Of a DNA stretch of 64,000 nt, positions 28,201-43,809 are shown one piece after another (within the stretch, counting starts at the first letter, position 1; each line of letters starts with the position of its first letter). The notes under the pieces are model-generated. The model searched no databases. It had not been told where the DNA came from and saw only the letters and a list, made by a program, of their open reading frames with translations. The DNA is from Eledone cirrhosa (lineage: Eukaryota), in contig OZ024740.1 of NCBI GenBank assembly GCA_964016885.1, positions 318,246,001 to 318,310,000 on the forward strand, in the 5' to 3' direction. The position numbers were made by a program, and so were the translations under genes.

Positions 28201-31200
28201 TTCTACTACAATACTCACAACAAATAATCCAGCATTGTTTCGTCTATTTCCACAACTCACATTCTATCTGACATTCTAACGACTCTACCAATTCGAAGTC
28301 TTTCTACTACAATACTCACAACAAATAATCCAGGAATATCTCGTCTATTTCCACAACTTACATTCTATCTGACATTGAAACGACTCTATCAATTCGAAGT
28401 CTTTCTACTACAATACTAACTTCAAATAATCCAGGATTGTCTCGTCTATTTCCACAACTTACATTCTATCTGACATTCTAACGACTCTACCAATTCGAAG
28501 TCTTTCTACTACAATACTAATAAAAATAATCTAGGATTGTCTCGTCTATTTCCACAACTTACATTCTATCTGACATTGAAACGACTCTATCAATTCGAAG
28601 TCTTTCTACTACAATGCTAACTTCAAATAATCCAGGATTGTCTCGTCTATTTCCACAACTTACTTTCTATCTGACATTCTAACGACTCTACCAATTCGAA
28701 GCCTTTCTACTACAATACTAATAAAAATAATCTAGGATTGTCTCGTCTATTTCCACAACTTACATTCTATCTGACATTCTAACGACTCTACCAATTCGCT
28801 GTCTTTCTACTACAATACTCACAACAAATAATCCAGGATTGTCTCGTCTATTTCCAAAACTTACATTCTATCTGACATTCTAACGACTCTACCAATTCGA
28901 AGTTTTTCTACTACAATACTAACAACAAATAATCCAGGATTGTCTCGTCTATTTCCACAACTTACATTCTATCTGACATTCTAACGACTCAACGAATTCG
29001 CTGTATTTCTACTACAATACTCACAACAAATAATCCAGGATTGTCTCGTCTATTTCCATAACATACATTCTATCTGACATTGTAACGACTCTACCAATTC
29101 GCTGTCTTTCTACTACAATACTCAACAAATAATCCAGGACTGTCTCGTCTATTTCCACAACTTACGTTCTATCTGACATTCTAAAGACTCTAACAATTCG
29201 AAGTCTTTCTACTACAATACTCAGAACAAATAATCCAGGTTTGTCTCGTCTATTTCCACAACTTACATTCTATCTAACATTCTAACGACTCTACCAATTC
29301 GAAGCCTTTTTACTACATTACTCACAACAAATAATTCAGGATTGCCCCGTCTATTTCCACAACTTACATTCTACCTGACAATCTAACGACTCTACCAATT
29401 CGCTGTCTTTCTACTACAATACTCAACAAATAATCCAGGACTGTCTCGTCTATTTCCACAACTTACATTCTATCTGATATTCTAACGACTCTACCAATTC
29501 GAAGTCTTTCTACTACAATACTCACAACAAATAATCCAGGATTGTCTCGTCTATTTCCACAACTTACGTTCTATCTGACATTCTAACAACTCTACCAATT
29601 CTAAGTCTTTCTACTACAATACTCACAACAAATAATACAGGATAGGCTCGTCTATTTCCACAACTTACATTCTATCTGACATTCTAACGACTCTACCAAT
29701 TCGCTGTATTTCTACTACAATACTCAACAAATAATCCAGGACTGTCTCGTCTATTTCCACAACTTACGTTCTATCTGACATTCTAAAGACTCTAACAATT
29801 CGAAGTCTTTCTACTACAATACTCAGAAAAAATAATCCAGGTTTGTCTCGTCTATTTCCACAACTTACATTCTATCTAACATTCTAAAGACTCTACCAAT
29901 TCGAAGCCTTTTTACTACATTACTCACAACAAATAATTCAGGATTGCCCCGTCTATTTCCACAACTTACATTCTACCTGACATTCTAACGACTCTACCAA
30001 TTCGCTGTCTTTCTACTACAATACTCACAACAAATAATCCAGGATTGTCTCGTCTATTTCCACAACTTACATTCTATCTGATATTCTAACGACTCTACCA
30101 ATTCGAAGTCTTTCTACTACAATACTAACAACAAATAATCCAGGATTGTCTCTTCTATTTCCACAACATACATTCTATCTAACATTCTAACAACTCCACC
30201 AATTCGAAATCTTTCTACTACAATACTCACAACAAATCATCCAGGATTGTCTCGTCTATTTCCACAACTTACATTCTATCTGATATTCTAACGACTCTAC
30301 CAATTCGAAGTCTTTCTACTACAATACTAACAACAAATAATCCAGGATTGTCTCTTCTATTTCCACAACTTACATTCTATCTGATATTCTAACGACTCTA
30401 CCAATTCGAATCTTTCTACTACAATACTCACAACAAATAATACAGGATTGGCTCGTCTATTTCCACAACTTACATTCTATCTGACATTCTAACGACTCTA
30501 CCAATTCGCTGTATTTCTACTACAATACTCACAACAAATAATCCAGCACTGTTTCGTCTATTTCCACAACTCACATTCTATCTGACATTCTAACGACTCT
30601 ACCAATTCGAAGTCTTTCTACTACAATACTCACAACAAATAATCCAGGAATATCTCGTCTATTTCCACAACTTACATTCTATCTGACATTGAAACGACTC
30701 TATCAATTCGAAGTCTTTCTACTACAATACTAACTTCAAATAATCCAGGATTGTCTCGTCTATTTCCACAACTTACATTCTATCTGACATTCTAACGACT
30801 CTACCAATTCGAAGTCTTTCTACTACAATACTAATAAAAATAATCTAGGATTGTCTCGTCTATTTCCACAACTTACATTCTATCTGACATTCTAACGACT
30901 CTACCAATTCGCTGTCTTTCTACTACAATACTCACAACAAATAATCCAGGATTGTCTCGTCTATTTCCAAAACTTACATTCTATCTGCCATTCTAACGAC
31001 TCTACCAATTCGCTGTATTTCTACTACAATACTCACAACAAATAATCCAGCACTGTTTCGTCTATTTCCACAACTCACATTCTATCTGACATTCTAACGA
31101 CTCTACCAATTCGAAGTCTTTCTACTACAATACTCACAACAAATAATCCAGGAATATCTCGTCTATTTCCACAACTTACATTCTATCTGACATTGAAACG

Positions 31201-34109
31201 ACTCTATCAATTCGAAGTCTTTCTACTACAATACTAACTTCAAATAATCCAGGATTGTCTCGTCTATTTCCACAACTTACATTCTATCTGACATTCTAAC
31301 GACTCTACCAATTCGAAGTCTTTCTACTACAATACTAATAAAAATAATCTAGGATTGTCTCGTCTATTTCCACAACTTACATTCTATCTGACATTGAAAC
31401 GACTCTATCAATTCGAAGTCTTTCTACTACAATGCTAACTTCAAATAATCCAGGATTGTCTCGTCTATTTCCACAACTTACTTTCTATCTGACATTCTAA
31501 CGACTCTACCAATTCGAAGCCTTTCTACTACAATACTAATAAAAATAATCTAGGATTGTCTCGTCTATTTCCACAACTTACATTCTATCTGACATTCTAA
31601 CGACTCTACCAATTCGCTGTCTTTCTACTACAATACTCACAACAAATAATCCAGGATTGGCTCGTCTATTTCTAAAACTTACATTCTATCTGACATTCTA
31701 ACGACTCTACCAATTCGAAGTTTTTCTACTACAATACTAACAACAAATAATCCAGGATTGTCTCGTCTATTTCCACAACTTACATTCTATCTGACATTCT
31801 AACGACTCAACGAATTCGCTGTATTTCTACTACAATACTCACAACAAATAATCCAGGATTGTCTCGTCTATTTCCATAACATACATTCTATCTGACATTC
31901 TAACGACTCTACCAATTCGCTGTCTTTCTACTACAATACTCAACAAATAATCCAGGACTGTCTCGTCTATTTCCACAACTTACGTTCTATCTGACATTCT
32001 AAAGACTCTAACAATTCGAAGTCTTTCTACTACAATACTCAGAACAAATAATCCAGGTTTGTCTCGTCTATTTCCACAACTTACATTCTATCTAATATTC
32101 TAACGACTCTACCAATTCGGAGTTTTTCTACTACAATACTAACAACAAATAATCCAGGATTGTCTCGTCTATTTCCACAACTTACATTCTACCTGACAAT
32201 ATAACGACTCTACCAATTCGCTGTCTTTCTACTACAATACTCAACAAATAATCCAGGACTGTCTCGTCTATTTCCACAACTTACATTCTATCTGATATTC
32301 TAACGACTCTACCAATTCGAAGTCTTTCTACTACAATACTCACAAAAAATAATCCAGGATTGTCTCGTCTATTTACACAACTTGCATTCTATCTGATATT
32401 CTAACGACTCTACCAATTCGAAGTCTTTCTACTACAATACTAACAACAAATAATCCAGGATTGTCTCGTCGATTTCCACAACTTACGTTCTATCTGACAT
32501 TCTAACAACTCTACCAATTCTAAGTCTTTCTACTACAATACTCACAACAAATAATACAGGATTGGCTCGTCTATTTCCACAACTTACATTCTATCTGACA
32601 TTCTAACGACTCTACCAATTCGCTGTATTTCTACTACAATACTCACATCAAATAATCCAGGATTGTCTCGTCTATTTCCACAACATACATTCTATCTGAC
32701 ATTCTAACGACTCTACCAATTCGCTGTCTTTCTACTACAATACTCAACAAATAATCCAGGACTGTCTCGTCTATTTCCACAACTTACGTTCTATCTGACA
32801 TTCTAAAGACTCTAACAATTCGAAGTCTTTCTACTACAATACTCAGAAAAAATAATCCAGGTTTGTCTCGTCTATTTCCACAACTTACATTCTATCTAAC
32901 ATTCTAAAGACTCTACCAATTCGAAGCCTTTTTACTACATTACTCACAACAAATAATTCAGGATTGCCCCGTCTATTTCCACAACTTACATTCTACCTGA
33001 CATTCTAACGACTCTACCAATTCGCTGTCTTTCTACTACAATACTCACAACAAATAATCCAGGATTGTCTCGTCTATTTCCACAACTTACATTCTATCTG
33101 ATATTCTAACGACTCTACCAATTCGAAGTCTTTCTACTACAATACTAACAACAAATAATCCAGGATTGTCTCTTCTATTTCCACAACATACATTCTATCT
33201 AACATTCTAACATCTCCACCAATTCGAAATCTTTCTACTACAATACTCACAACAAATAATCCAGGATTGTCTCGTCTATTTCCACAACTTACATTCTATC
33301 TGATATTCTAACGACTCTACCAATTCGAAGTCTTTCTACTACAATACTAACAACAAATAATCCAGGATTGTCTCTTCTATTTCCACAACTTACATTCTAT
33401 CTGATATTCTAACGACTCTACCAATTCGAATCTTTCTACTACAATACTCACAACAAATAATACAGGATTGGCTCGTCTATTTCCACAACTTACATTCTAT
33501 CTGACATTCTAACGACTCTACCAATTCGCTGTATTTCTACTACAATACTCACAACAAATAATCCAGCACTGTTTCGTCTATTTCCACAACTCACATTCTA
33601 TCTGACATTCTAACGACTCTACCAATTCGAAGTCTTTCTACTACAATACTCACAACAAATAATCCAGGAATATCTCGTCTATTTCCACAACTTACATTCT
33701 ATCTGACATTGAAACGACTCTATCAATTCGAAGTCTTTCTACTACAATACTAACTTCAAATAATCCAGGATTGTCTCGTCTATTTCCACAACTTACATTC
33801 TATCTGACATTCTAACGACTCTACCAATTCGAAGTCTTTCTACTACAATACTAATAAAAATAATCTAGGATTGTCTCGTCTATTTCCACAACTTACATTC
33901 TATCTGACATTCTAACGACTCTACCAATTCGCTGTATTTCTACTACAATACTCACAACAAATAATCCAGGATTGTCTCGTCTATTTCCATAACATACATT
34001 CTATCTGACATTCTAACGACTCTACCAATTCGCTGTCTTTCTACTACAATACTCAACAAATAATCCAGGACTGTCTCGTCTATTTCCACAACTTACATTC
34101 TATCTGATA

Positions 34110-37100
34110 TTCTAGCGACTCTATCAATTCGAAGTCTTTCTACTACAATACTGACGTCAAATAATCCAGGATTGTCTCGTCCATTTCCACAACTTACATT
34201 CTATCTGATATTCGAACGACTCTACCAATTCGAAGTCTTTGTACTACAATACTAACAACAAATAATGCAGGATTCTATCGTCTATTTCCACAACTTACAT
34301 TCTATCTGATATTCTAACGACTCTACCAATTCGCTGTATTTCTACTACAATACTAACTTCAAATAATCCAGGATTGTCTCATCTATTTCCACAACTTACA
34401 TTCTATCTGATATTCGAACGACTCTACCAATTCGAAGTCTTTCTACTACAATACTCACAACAAATAATCCAGGATCGTCTCGTCTATTTCCACAACTTAC
34501 ATTCTATCTGACATTCTAACGACTCTACCAATTCGAAGTCTTTCTATTACAATACTCACAACAAATAATCCAGGGTTGTCTCGTCTATTTCCACAACTTA
34601 CATTCTATCTGACATTCTAACGACTCTACCAATTCGAAGCCTTTCTATTAAAATACTCACAACAAATAATCCAGGATTGTCTCGACTATTTCCACAACTT
34701 ACATTCTATGTGACATTCTAACGACTCTACCAATTCGAAGTCTTTCTACTACAATACTCACCACAAATAATCCAGGATTTTCTCGTCTATTCCCACAACT
34801 TACATTATATCTGACATTCTAATGACTCTACCAATTCGAAGTCTTTCTACTACAATACTCACATCAAATAATCTAAGATTGTCTCGTCTATTTCCACAAC
34901 TTACATTCTATCTGACATTCTAACGACTCTACCAATTCGAAGTCTTTCTGCTACAATACTCACAACAAATAATCCAGGATTGCCTCGTCTATTTCCACAC
35001 TTTAAATTCTATCTGACATTCTAACGACTCTACCAATTCGCTGTATTTCTACTACAATACTAACTTCAAATAATCCAGGATTGTGTCGTCTATTTCCACA
35101 ACTTACATTCTATCTGATATTCTAACGACTCTACCAATTTGAAGTCTTTCTACTACAATACTAACAACAAATAATCCAGGATTTCTCGTCTATTTCCACA
35201 ACTTTCATTCTATCTGATATTCGAACGACTCTACCAATTCGAAGTCTTTCTACTACAATACTCACAACAAATAATCCAGGATTGTCTCGTCTATTTCCAC
35301 AACTTACATTCTATCTCAGTTTCTAACGTATCTACCATTTCGCTGTATTTATACTACAATACTGGCAACAAATAAACCAGGATTGTCTCGTCTATTTCAA
35401 CAACTTACATTCTATCTGACATACTAACGACTCTACCAATTCGAAGTCTTTCTACTACAATACTAACTTTAAACAATCCAGGATTCTCTCCTCTATTTCC
35501 ACAAATTACATTCTATCTGACATTCTAACGACTCTACCAATTCGATGTCTCTCTACTAAAATACTCACAACAAATAATCCAGGATTGTCTCGTCTTTTTC
35601 CACAACTTACATTCTATCTGACATTCTATCGACTCTACCAATTTGCTGTATTTCTACTACAATACTCACAACAAATAATCCAGGATTGTATCGTCTATTT
35701 CTACAACTTACATTCTATCTGACATTCTAACGACTCTACCAATTCGAAGTCTTTCTACTACAATACTAACAACAAATAATGCAGGATTGTCTCGTCTATT
35801 TCCACAACTTACATTCTACCTGACATTCTAACGACTCTATCAATTCGAAGTCTTTCTACTACAATACTCACAACAAATCATCCAGGATTGTCTCTTCTAT
35901 TTCCACGACTTACATTCTATCTGACATTCTAACGACTCTACCAATTCGAAGTCTTTCTACTACAATACTCACAACAAATCATCCAGGATTGTCTCGTCTA
36001 TTTCCACAACTTACATTCTATCTGACATTCTAACGACTCTACCAATTCGAAGTCTTTCTATTACAATACTCACAACAAATAATCCAGGATTGTCTCGTCT
36101 ATTCCCACAACTTACATTCTATGTGACATTCTAACGACTCTACCAATTCGAAGTTTTTCTACTACAATACTCACAACAAATAATCCAGGATTGTCTCGTC
36201 TATTTCCACAACTTACATTCTATCTGACATTCTAACGACTCTACCAATTCGAAGTCTTTCTATTAAAATACTCACAACAAATAATCCAGGATTGTCTCGT
36301 CTATTTCCACAACTTACATTCTATGTGACGTTCTAACGACTCTACCAATTCGAAGTCTTTCTACTACAATACTCACAACAAATAATCCTGGATTGTCTCG
36401 TCTATTTCCACAACTTACATTGTATCTGACATTCTAACGACTCTACCAATTCGCTGTATTTCTACTACAATACTAACAACAAATAATCCAGGATTTCTTG
36501 TCTATTTCCACAACTTTCATTCTATCTGATATTCGAACGACTCTTCCAATTCGAAGTCTTTCTACTACAATACTCACAACAAATAATCCAGGATTGTCTC
36601 GTCTATTTCCACAACTTACATTCTATCTCAGTTTCTAACGAGTCTACCAATTCGCTGTATTTATACTACAATACTAACGTCAAATAATCCAAAATTGTCT
36701 CATCTATTTCCACAACTTACATTCTATCTGATATTCGAACGACTCTACCAATTCGAAGTTTTGTACTACAATACTAACAACAAATAATGCAGGATTGTCT
36801 CGTCTATTTCCACAACTTACATTCTACCTGACATTCTAACGACTCTACGAATTCGAAGTCTTTCTACTACAATACTCACCAGAAATAATCCAGGATTGTC
36901 TCGTCTATTTCCACAACTTACATTCTATCTGACATTCTAACGACTCTACCAATTCGAAGTCTTTCTATTACAATACTCACAACAAATAATCCAGGATTGT
37001 CTCGTCTATTCCCACAACTTACGTTCTATGTGACATTCTAACGACTCTACCAATTCGAAGTTTTTCTACTACAATACTCACAACAAATAATCCAGGATTG

Positions 37101-40100
37101 TCTCGTCTATTTCCACAACTTACATTCTATCTGACATTCTAACGACTCTACCAATTCGAAGTCTTTCTATTAAAATACTCACAACAAATAATCCAGGATT
37201 GTCTCGACTATTTCCACAACTTACATTCTATGTGACATTCTAACCACTCTACCAATTGGAAGTCTTTCTACTACAATACTCACAACAAATAATCCAGGAT
37301 TGTCTCGTCTATTCCCACAACTTACATTATGTCTGACATTCTAATAACTCTACCAATTCGAAGTCTTTCTACTACAATACTAACAACAAATAATCTAAGA
37401 TTGTCTCGTCTATTTCCACAACTTTCATTCTATCTGATATTCGAACGACTCTTCCAATTCGAAGTCTTTCTACTACAATACTAACTTCAAATAATCCAGG
37501 ATTGTCTCGTCTATTTCCACAACTTACATTCTATCTGATATTCTAACGACTCTACCAATTTGAAGTCTTTCTACTACAATACTAACAACAAATAATCCAG
37601 GATTTCTCGTCTATTTCCACAACTTTCATTCTATCTGATATTCGAACGACTCTTCCAATTCGAAGTCTTTCTACTACAATACTCACAACAAATAATCCAG
37701 GATTGCCTCGTCTATTTCCACACTTTACATTCTATCTGACATTCTAACGACTCTACCAATTTGCTGTAATTCTACTACAATACTAACTTCAAATAATCCA
37801 GGATTGTCTCGTCTATTTCCACAACTTACATTCTATCTGATATTCTAACGACTCTAAAAATTTGAAGTCTTTCTACTACAATACTTACAACAAATAATCC
37901 AGGATTTCTCGTCTATTTCCACAACTTTTATTCTATCTGATATTCGAACGACTCTACAAATTCGAAGTCTTTCTACTACAATACTCACAACAAATAATCC
38001 AGGATTGTCTCGTCTATTTCCACAACTTACATTCTATCTCAGTTTCTAACGAATCTACCATTTCGCTGTATTTATACTACAATACTGACAACAAATAAAC
38101 CAGGATTGTCTCGTCTATTTCCACAACTTACATTCTATCTGACATTCTAACGACTCTACCAATTCGAAGTCTTTCTATTAAAATACTCACAACAAATAAT
38201 CCAGGATTGTATCGTCTATTTCTACAACTTACATTCTATCTGACATTCTAACGACTCTACCAATTCGAAGTCTTTCTACTACAATACTAATAACAAATAA
38301 TGCAGGATTGTCTCGTCTATTTCCACAACTTACATTCTACCTGACATTCTAACGACTCTATCAATTCGAAGTCTTTCTACTACAATACTCACAACAAATC
38401 ATCCAGGATTGTCTCTTCTATTTCCACACTTTACATTCTATCTGACATTCTAACGACTCTACCAATTCGCTGTATTTCTACTACAATACTAACTTCAAAT
38501 AATCCAGGATTGTCTCGTCTATTTCCACAACTTACATTCTATCTGATATTCTAACGACTCTACCAATTTGAAGTCTTTCTACTACAATACTAACAACAAA
38601 TAATCCAGGATTTCTCGTCTATTTCCACAACTTTTATTCTATCTGATATTCGAACGACTCTACCAATTCGAAGTCTTTCTACTACAATACTCACAACAAA
38701 TAATCCAGGATTGTCTCGTCTATTTCCACAACTTACATTCTATCTCAGTTTCTAACGAATCTACCATTTCGCTGTATTTATACTACAATACTGACAACAA
38801 ATAAACCAGGATTGTCTCGTCTATTTCCACAACTTACATTCTATCTGACATTCTAACGACTCTACCAATTCGAAGTCTTTCTATTAAAATACTCACAACA
38901 AATAATCCAGGATTGTATCGTCTATTTCTACAACTTACATTCTATCTGACATTCTAACGACTCTACCAATTCGAAGTCTTTCTACTACAATACTAACAAC
39001 AAATAATGCAGGATTGTCTCGTCTATTTCCACAACGTACATTCTACCTGACATTCTAACGACTCTATCAATTCGAAGTCTTTCTACTACAATACTCACAA
39101 CAAATCATCCAGGATTGTCTCTTCTATTTCCACGACTTACATTCTATCTGACATTCTAACGACTCTACCAATTCGAAGTCTTTCTACTACAATACTCACA
39201 ACAAATCATCCAGGATTGTCTCGTCTATTTCCACAACTTACATTCTATCTGACATTCTAACGACTCTACCAATTCGAAGTCTTTCTATTACAATACTCAC
39301 AACAAATAATCCAGGATTGTCTCGTCTATTCCCACAACTTACATTCTATCTGACATTCTAACGACTCTACCAATTCGAAGTCTTTCTATTAAAATACTCA
39401 CAACAAATAATCCAGGATTGTCTCGTCTATTTCAAAAACTTACATTCTATGTGACGTTCTAACGACTCTATCAATTCGAAGTCTTTCTACTACAATACTC
39501 ACAACAAATAATCCTGGATTGTCTCGTCTATTCCCACAACTTACATTATATCTGACATTCTAATGACTCTACCAATTCGAAGTCTTTCTACTACAATACT
39601 AACAACAAATAATCTAAGATTGTCTCGTCTATTTCCACAACTTACATTGTATCTGACATTCTAACGACTCTACCAATTCGAAGTCTTTCTGCTACAATAC
39701 TCACAACAAATAATCGAGGATTGCGTCGTCTATTTCCACACCTTACATTCTATCTGACATTCTAACGACTCTACCAATTCGCTGTATTTCTACTACAATA
39801 CTAACTTCAAATAATCCAGGATTGTCTCGTCTATTTCCACAACTTACATTCTATCTGATATTCTAACGACTCTACCAATTTGAAGTCTTTCTACTACAAT
39901 ACTAACAACAAATAATCCAGGATTTCTCGTCTATTTCCACAACTTTCATTCTATCTGATATTCGAACGACTCTTCCAATTCGAAGTCTTTCTACTACAAT
40001 ACTCACAACAAATAATCCAGGATTGTCTCGTCTATTTCCACAACTTACATTCTATCTCAGTTTCTAACGAGTCTACCAATTCGCTGTATTTATACTACAA

Positions 40101-43100
40101 TACTAACGTCAAATAATCCAGAATTGTCTCATCTATTTCCACAACTTACATTCTATCTGATATTCGAACGACTCTACCAATTCGAAGTTTTGTACTACAA
40201 TACTAACAACAAATAATGCAGGATTGTCTCGTCTATTTCCACAACTTACATTCTACCTGACATTCTAACGACTCTACGAATTCGAAGTCTTTCTACTACC
40301 ATACTCACCAGAAATAATCCAGGATTGTCTCGTCTATTTCCACAACTTACATTCTATCTGACATTCTAACGACTCTACCAATTCGAAGTCTTTCTATTAC
40401 AATACTCACAACAAATAATCCAGGATTGTCTCGTCTATTCCCACAACTTACATTCTATGTGACATTCTAACGACTCTACCAATTCGAAGTCTTTCTATTA
40501 AAATACTCACAACAAATAATCCAGGATTGTCGCGACTATTTCCACAACTTACATTCTATGTGACATTCTAACCACTCTACCAATTGGAAGTCTTTCTACT
40601 ACAATACTCACAACAAATAATCCAGGATTGTCTCGTCTATTCCCACAACTTACATTATGTCTGACATTCTAATGACTCTACCAATTCGAAGTCTTTCTAC
40701 TACAATACTAACAACAAATAATCTAAGATTGTCTCGTCTATTTCCACAACTTACATTCTATCTGACATTCTAACGACTCTACCAATTCGAAGTCTTTCTA
40801 TTAAAATACTCACAACAAATAATCCAGGATCGTCTCGTCTATTTCCACAACTTACATTCTACCTGACATTCTAACGACTCTACCAATTCGAAGTCTTTCT
40901 GCTACAATACTCACAACAAATAATCCAGGATTGCCTCGTCTATTTCCACACTTTACATTCTATCTGACATTCTAACGACTCTACCAATTTGCTGTAATTC
41001 TACTACAATACTAACTTCAAATAATCCAGGATTGTCTCGTCTATTTCCACAACTTACATTCTATCTGATATTCTAACGACTCTACCAATTTGAAGTCTTT
41101 CTACTACAATACTTACAACAAATAATCCAGGATTTCTCGTCTATTTCCACAACTTTTATTCTATCTGATATTCGAACGACTCTACAAATTCGAAGTCTTT
41201 CTACTACAATACTCACAACAAATAATCCAGGATTGTCTCGTCTATTTCCACAACTTACATTCTATCTCTGTTTCTAACGAATCTACCATTTCGCTGTATT
41301 TATACTACAATACTGACAACAAATAAACCAGGATTGTCTCGTCTATTTCCACAACTTACATTCTATCTGACATTCTAACGACTCTACCAATTCGAAGTCT
41401 TTCTATTAAAATACTCACAACAAATAATCCAGGATTGTATCGTCTATTTCTACAACTTACATTCTATCTGACATTCTAACGACTCTACCAATTCGAAGTC
41501 TTTCTACTACAATACTAATAACAAATAATGCAGGATTGTCTCGTCTATTTCCACAACTTACATTCTACCTGACATTCTAACGACTCTATCAATTCGAAGT
41601 CTTTCTACTACAATACTCACAACAAATCATCCAGGATTGTCTCTTCTATTTCCACGACTTACATTCTATCTGACATTCTAACGACTCTACCAATTCGAAG
41701 TCTTTCTACTACAATACTCACAACAAATAATCCAGGATTGTCTCGTCTATTCCCACAACTTACATTCTATGTGACATTCTAACGACTCTACCAATTCGAA
41801 GTTTTTCTACTACAATACTCACAACAAATAATCCAGGATTGTCTCGTCTATTTCCACAACTTACATTCTATCTGACATTCTAACGACTCTACCAATTCGA
41901 AGTCTTTCTATTAAAATACTCACAACAAATAATCCAGGATTGTCTCGTCTATTTCCACAACTTACATTCTATGTGACGTTCTAACGACTCTATCAATTCG
42001 AAGTCTTTCTACTACAATACTCACAACAAATAATCCTGGATTGTCTCGTCTATTCCCACAACTTACATTATATCTGACATTCTAATGACTCTACCAATTC
42101 GAAGTCTTTCTACTACAATACTAACAACAAATAATCTAAGATTGTCTCGTCTATTTCCACAACTTACATTGTATCTGACATTCTAACGACTCTACCAATT
42201 CGAAGTCTTTCTGCTACAATACTCACAACAAATAATCGAGGATTGCGTCGTCTATTTCCACACCTTACATTCTATCTGACATTCTAACGACTCTACCAAT
42301 TCGCTGTATTTCTACTACAATACTAACTTCAAATAATCCAGGATTGTCTCGTCTATTTCCACAACTTACATTCTATCTGATATTCTAACGACTCTACCAA
42401 TTTGAAGTCTTTCTACTACAATACTAACAACAAATAATCCAGGATTTCTCGTCTATTTCCACAACTTTCATTCTATCTGATATTCGAACGACTCTTCCAA
42501 TTCGAAGTCTTTCTACTACAATACTCACAACAAATAATCCAGGATTGTCTCGTCTATTTCCACAACTTACATTCTATCTCAGTTTCTAACGAGTCTACCA
42601 ATTCGCTGTATTTATACTACAATACTAACGTCAAATAATCCAGAATTGTCTCATCTATTTCCACAACTTACATTCTATCTGATATTCGAACGACTCTACC
42701 AATTCGAAGTTTTGTACTACAATACTAACAACAAATAATGCAGGATTGTCTCGTCTATTTCCACAACTTACATTCTACCTGACATTCTAACGACTCTACG
42801 AATTCGAAGTCTTTCTACTACCATACTCACCAGAAATAATCCAGGATTGTCTCGTCTATTTCCACAACTTACATTCTATCTGACGTTCTAACGACTCTAC
42901 CAATTCGAAGTCTTTCTATTACAATACTCACAAGAAATAATCCAGGATTGTCTCGTCTATTCCCACAACTTACATTCTATGTGACATTCTAACGACTCTA
43001 CCAATTCGAAGTTTTTCTACTACAATACTCACAACAAATAATCCAGGATTGTCTCGTCTATTTCCACAACTTACATTCTATCTGACATTCTAACGACTCT

Positions 43101-43400
43101 ACCAATTCGAAGTCTTTCTATTAAAATACTCACAACAAATAATCCAGGATTGTCTCGACTATTTCCACAACTTACATTCTATGTGACATTCTAACCACTC
43201 TACCAATTGGAAGTCTTTCTACTACAATACTCACAACAAATAATCCAGGATTGTCTCGTCTATTCCCACAACTTACATTATGTCTGACATTCTAAAGACT
43301 CTACCAATACGACGTCTTTCTACTACAATACTAACAACAAATAATCTAAGATTGTCTCGTCTATTTCCACAACTTACATTCTATCTGACATTCTAACGAC
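34110..43400 (+). repeat. Divergent subfamily domain of the same 101-bp satellite (~92 monomers)
   Basis: Private variants seen only here: ATATTCGAACG, TCTCAGTTTC, AATGCAGG, CTATTAAAAT, TATGTGAC, ATTCCCAC, ATCTAAGA, TTTGAAGT, GGATTTCTCG. Flank markers CAGAAC, GCCCCGT, AGCACTG and the 99-bp monomer are absent. Confidence 0.9.
38700..43000 (+). repeat. 25-monomer (2522-bp) HOR within the divergent domain
   Basis: ATCGAGGATTGCG at 39715/42237 and CAGTTTC..GAGTC at 40058/42580, both +2522. Also 38746/41268. Confidence 0.82.
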
Positions 43401-43809
43401 TCTACCAATTCGAAGCCTTTTTACTACATTACTCACAACAAATAATTCAGGATTGTCTCGTCTATTTCCACAAATTACGTTCTATCTGACATTCTAACGA
43501 CTCTACCAATTCGAAGTCTTTCTATTACAATACTCACAACAAATAATCCAGGATTGTCTCGTCTATTTCCACAACTTACATTCTATCTGATATTCTAACG
43601 ACTCTACCAATTCGAAGTCTTTCTACTACAATACTAACAACAAATAATCCAGGATTGTCTCTTCTATTTCCACAACTTACATTCTATCTGATATTCTAAG
43701 CACTCTACCAATTCGAAGTCTTTCTACTACAATACTCACAACAAATAATCCAGGATTGTCTCGTCTAGTTCCACAACTTGCATTCTATCTGACATTCTAA
43801 CGACTCTAC

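Noticed and set aside
34110-43400. Island as a mobile-element insertion
   Set aside because: It consists of the same monomer in the same phase and orientation, with no terminal repeats, target-site duplication or coding sequence.
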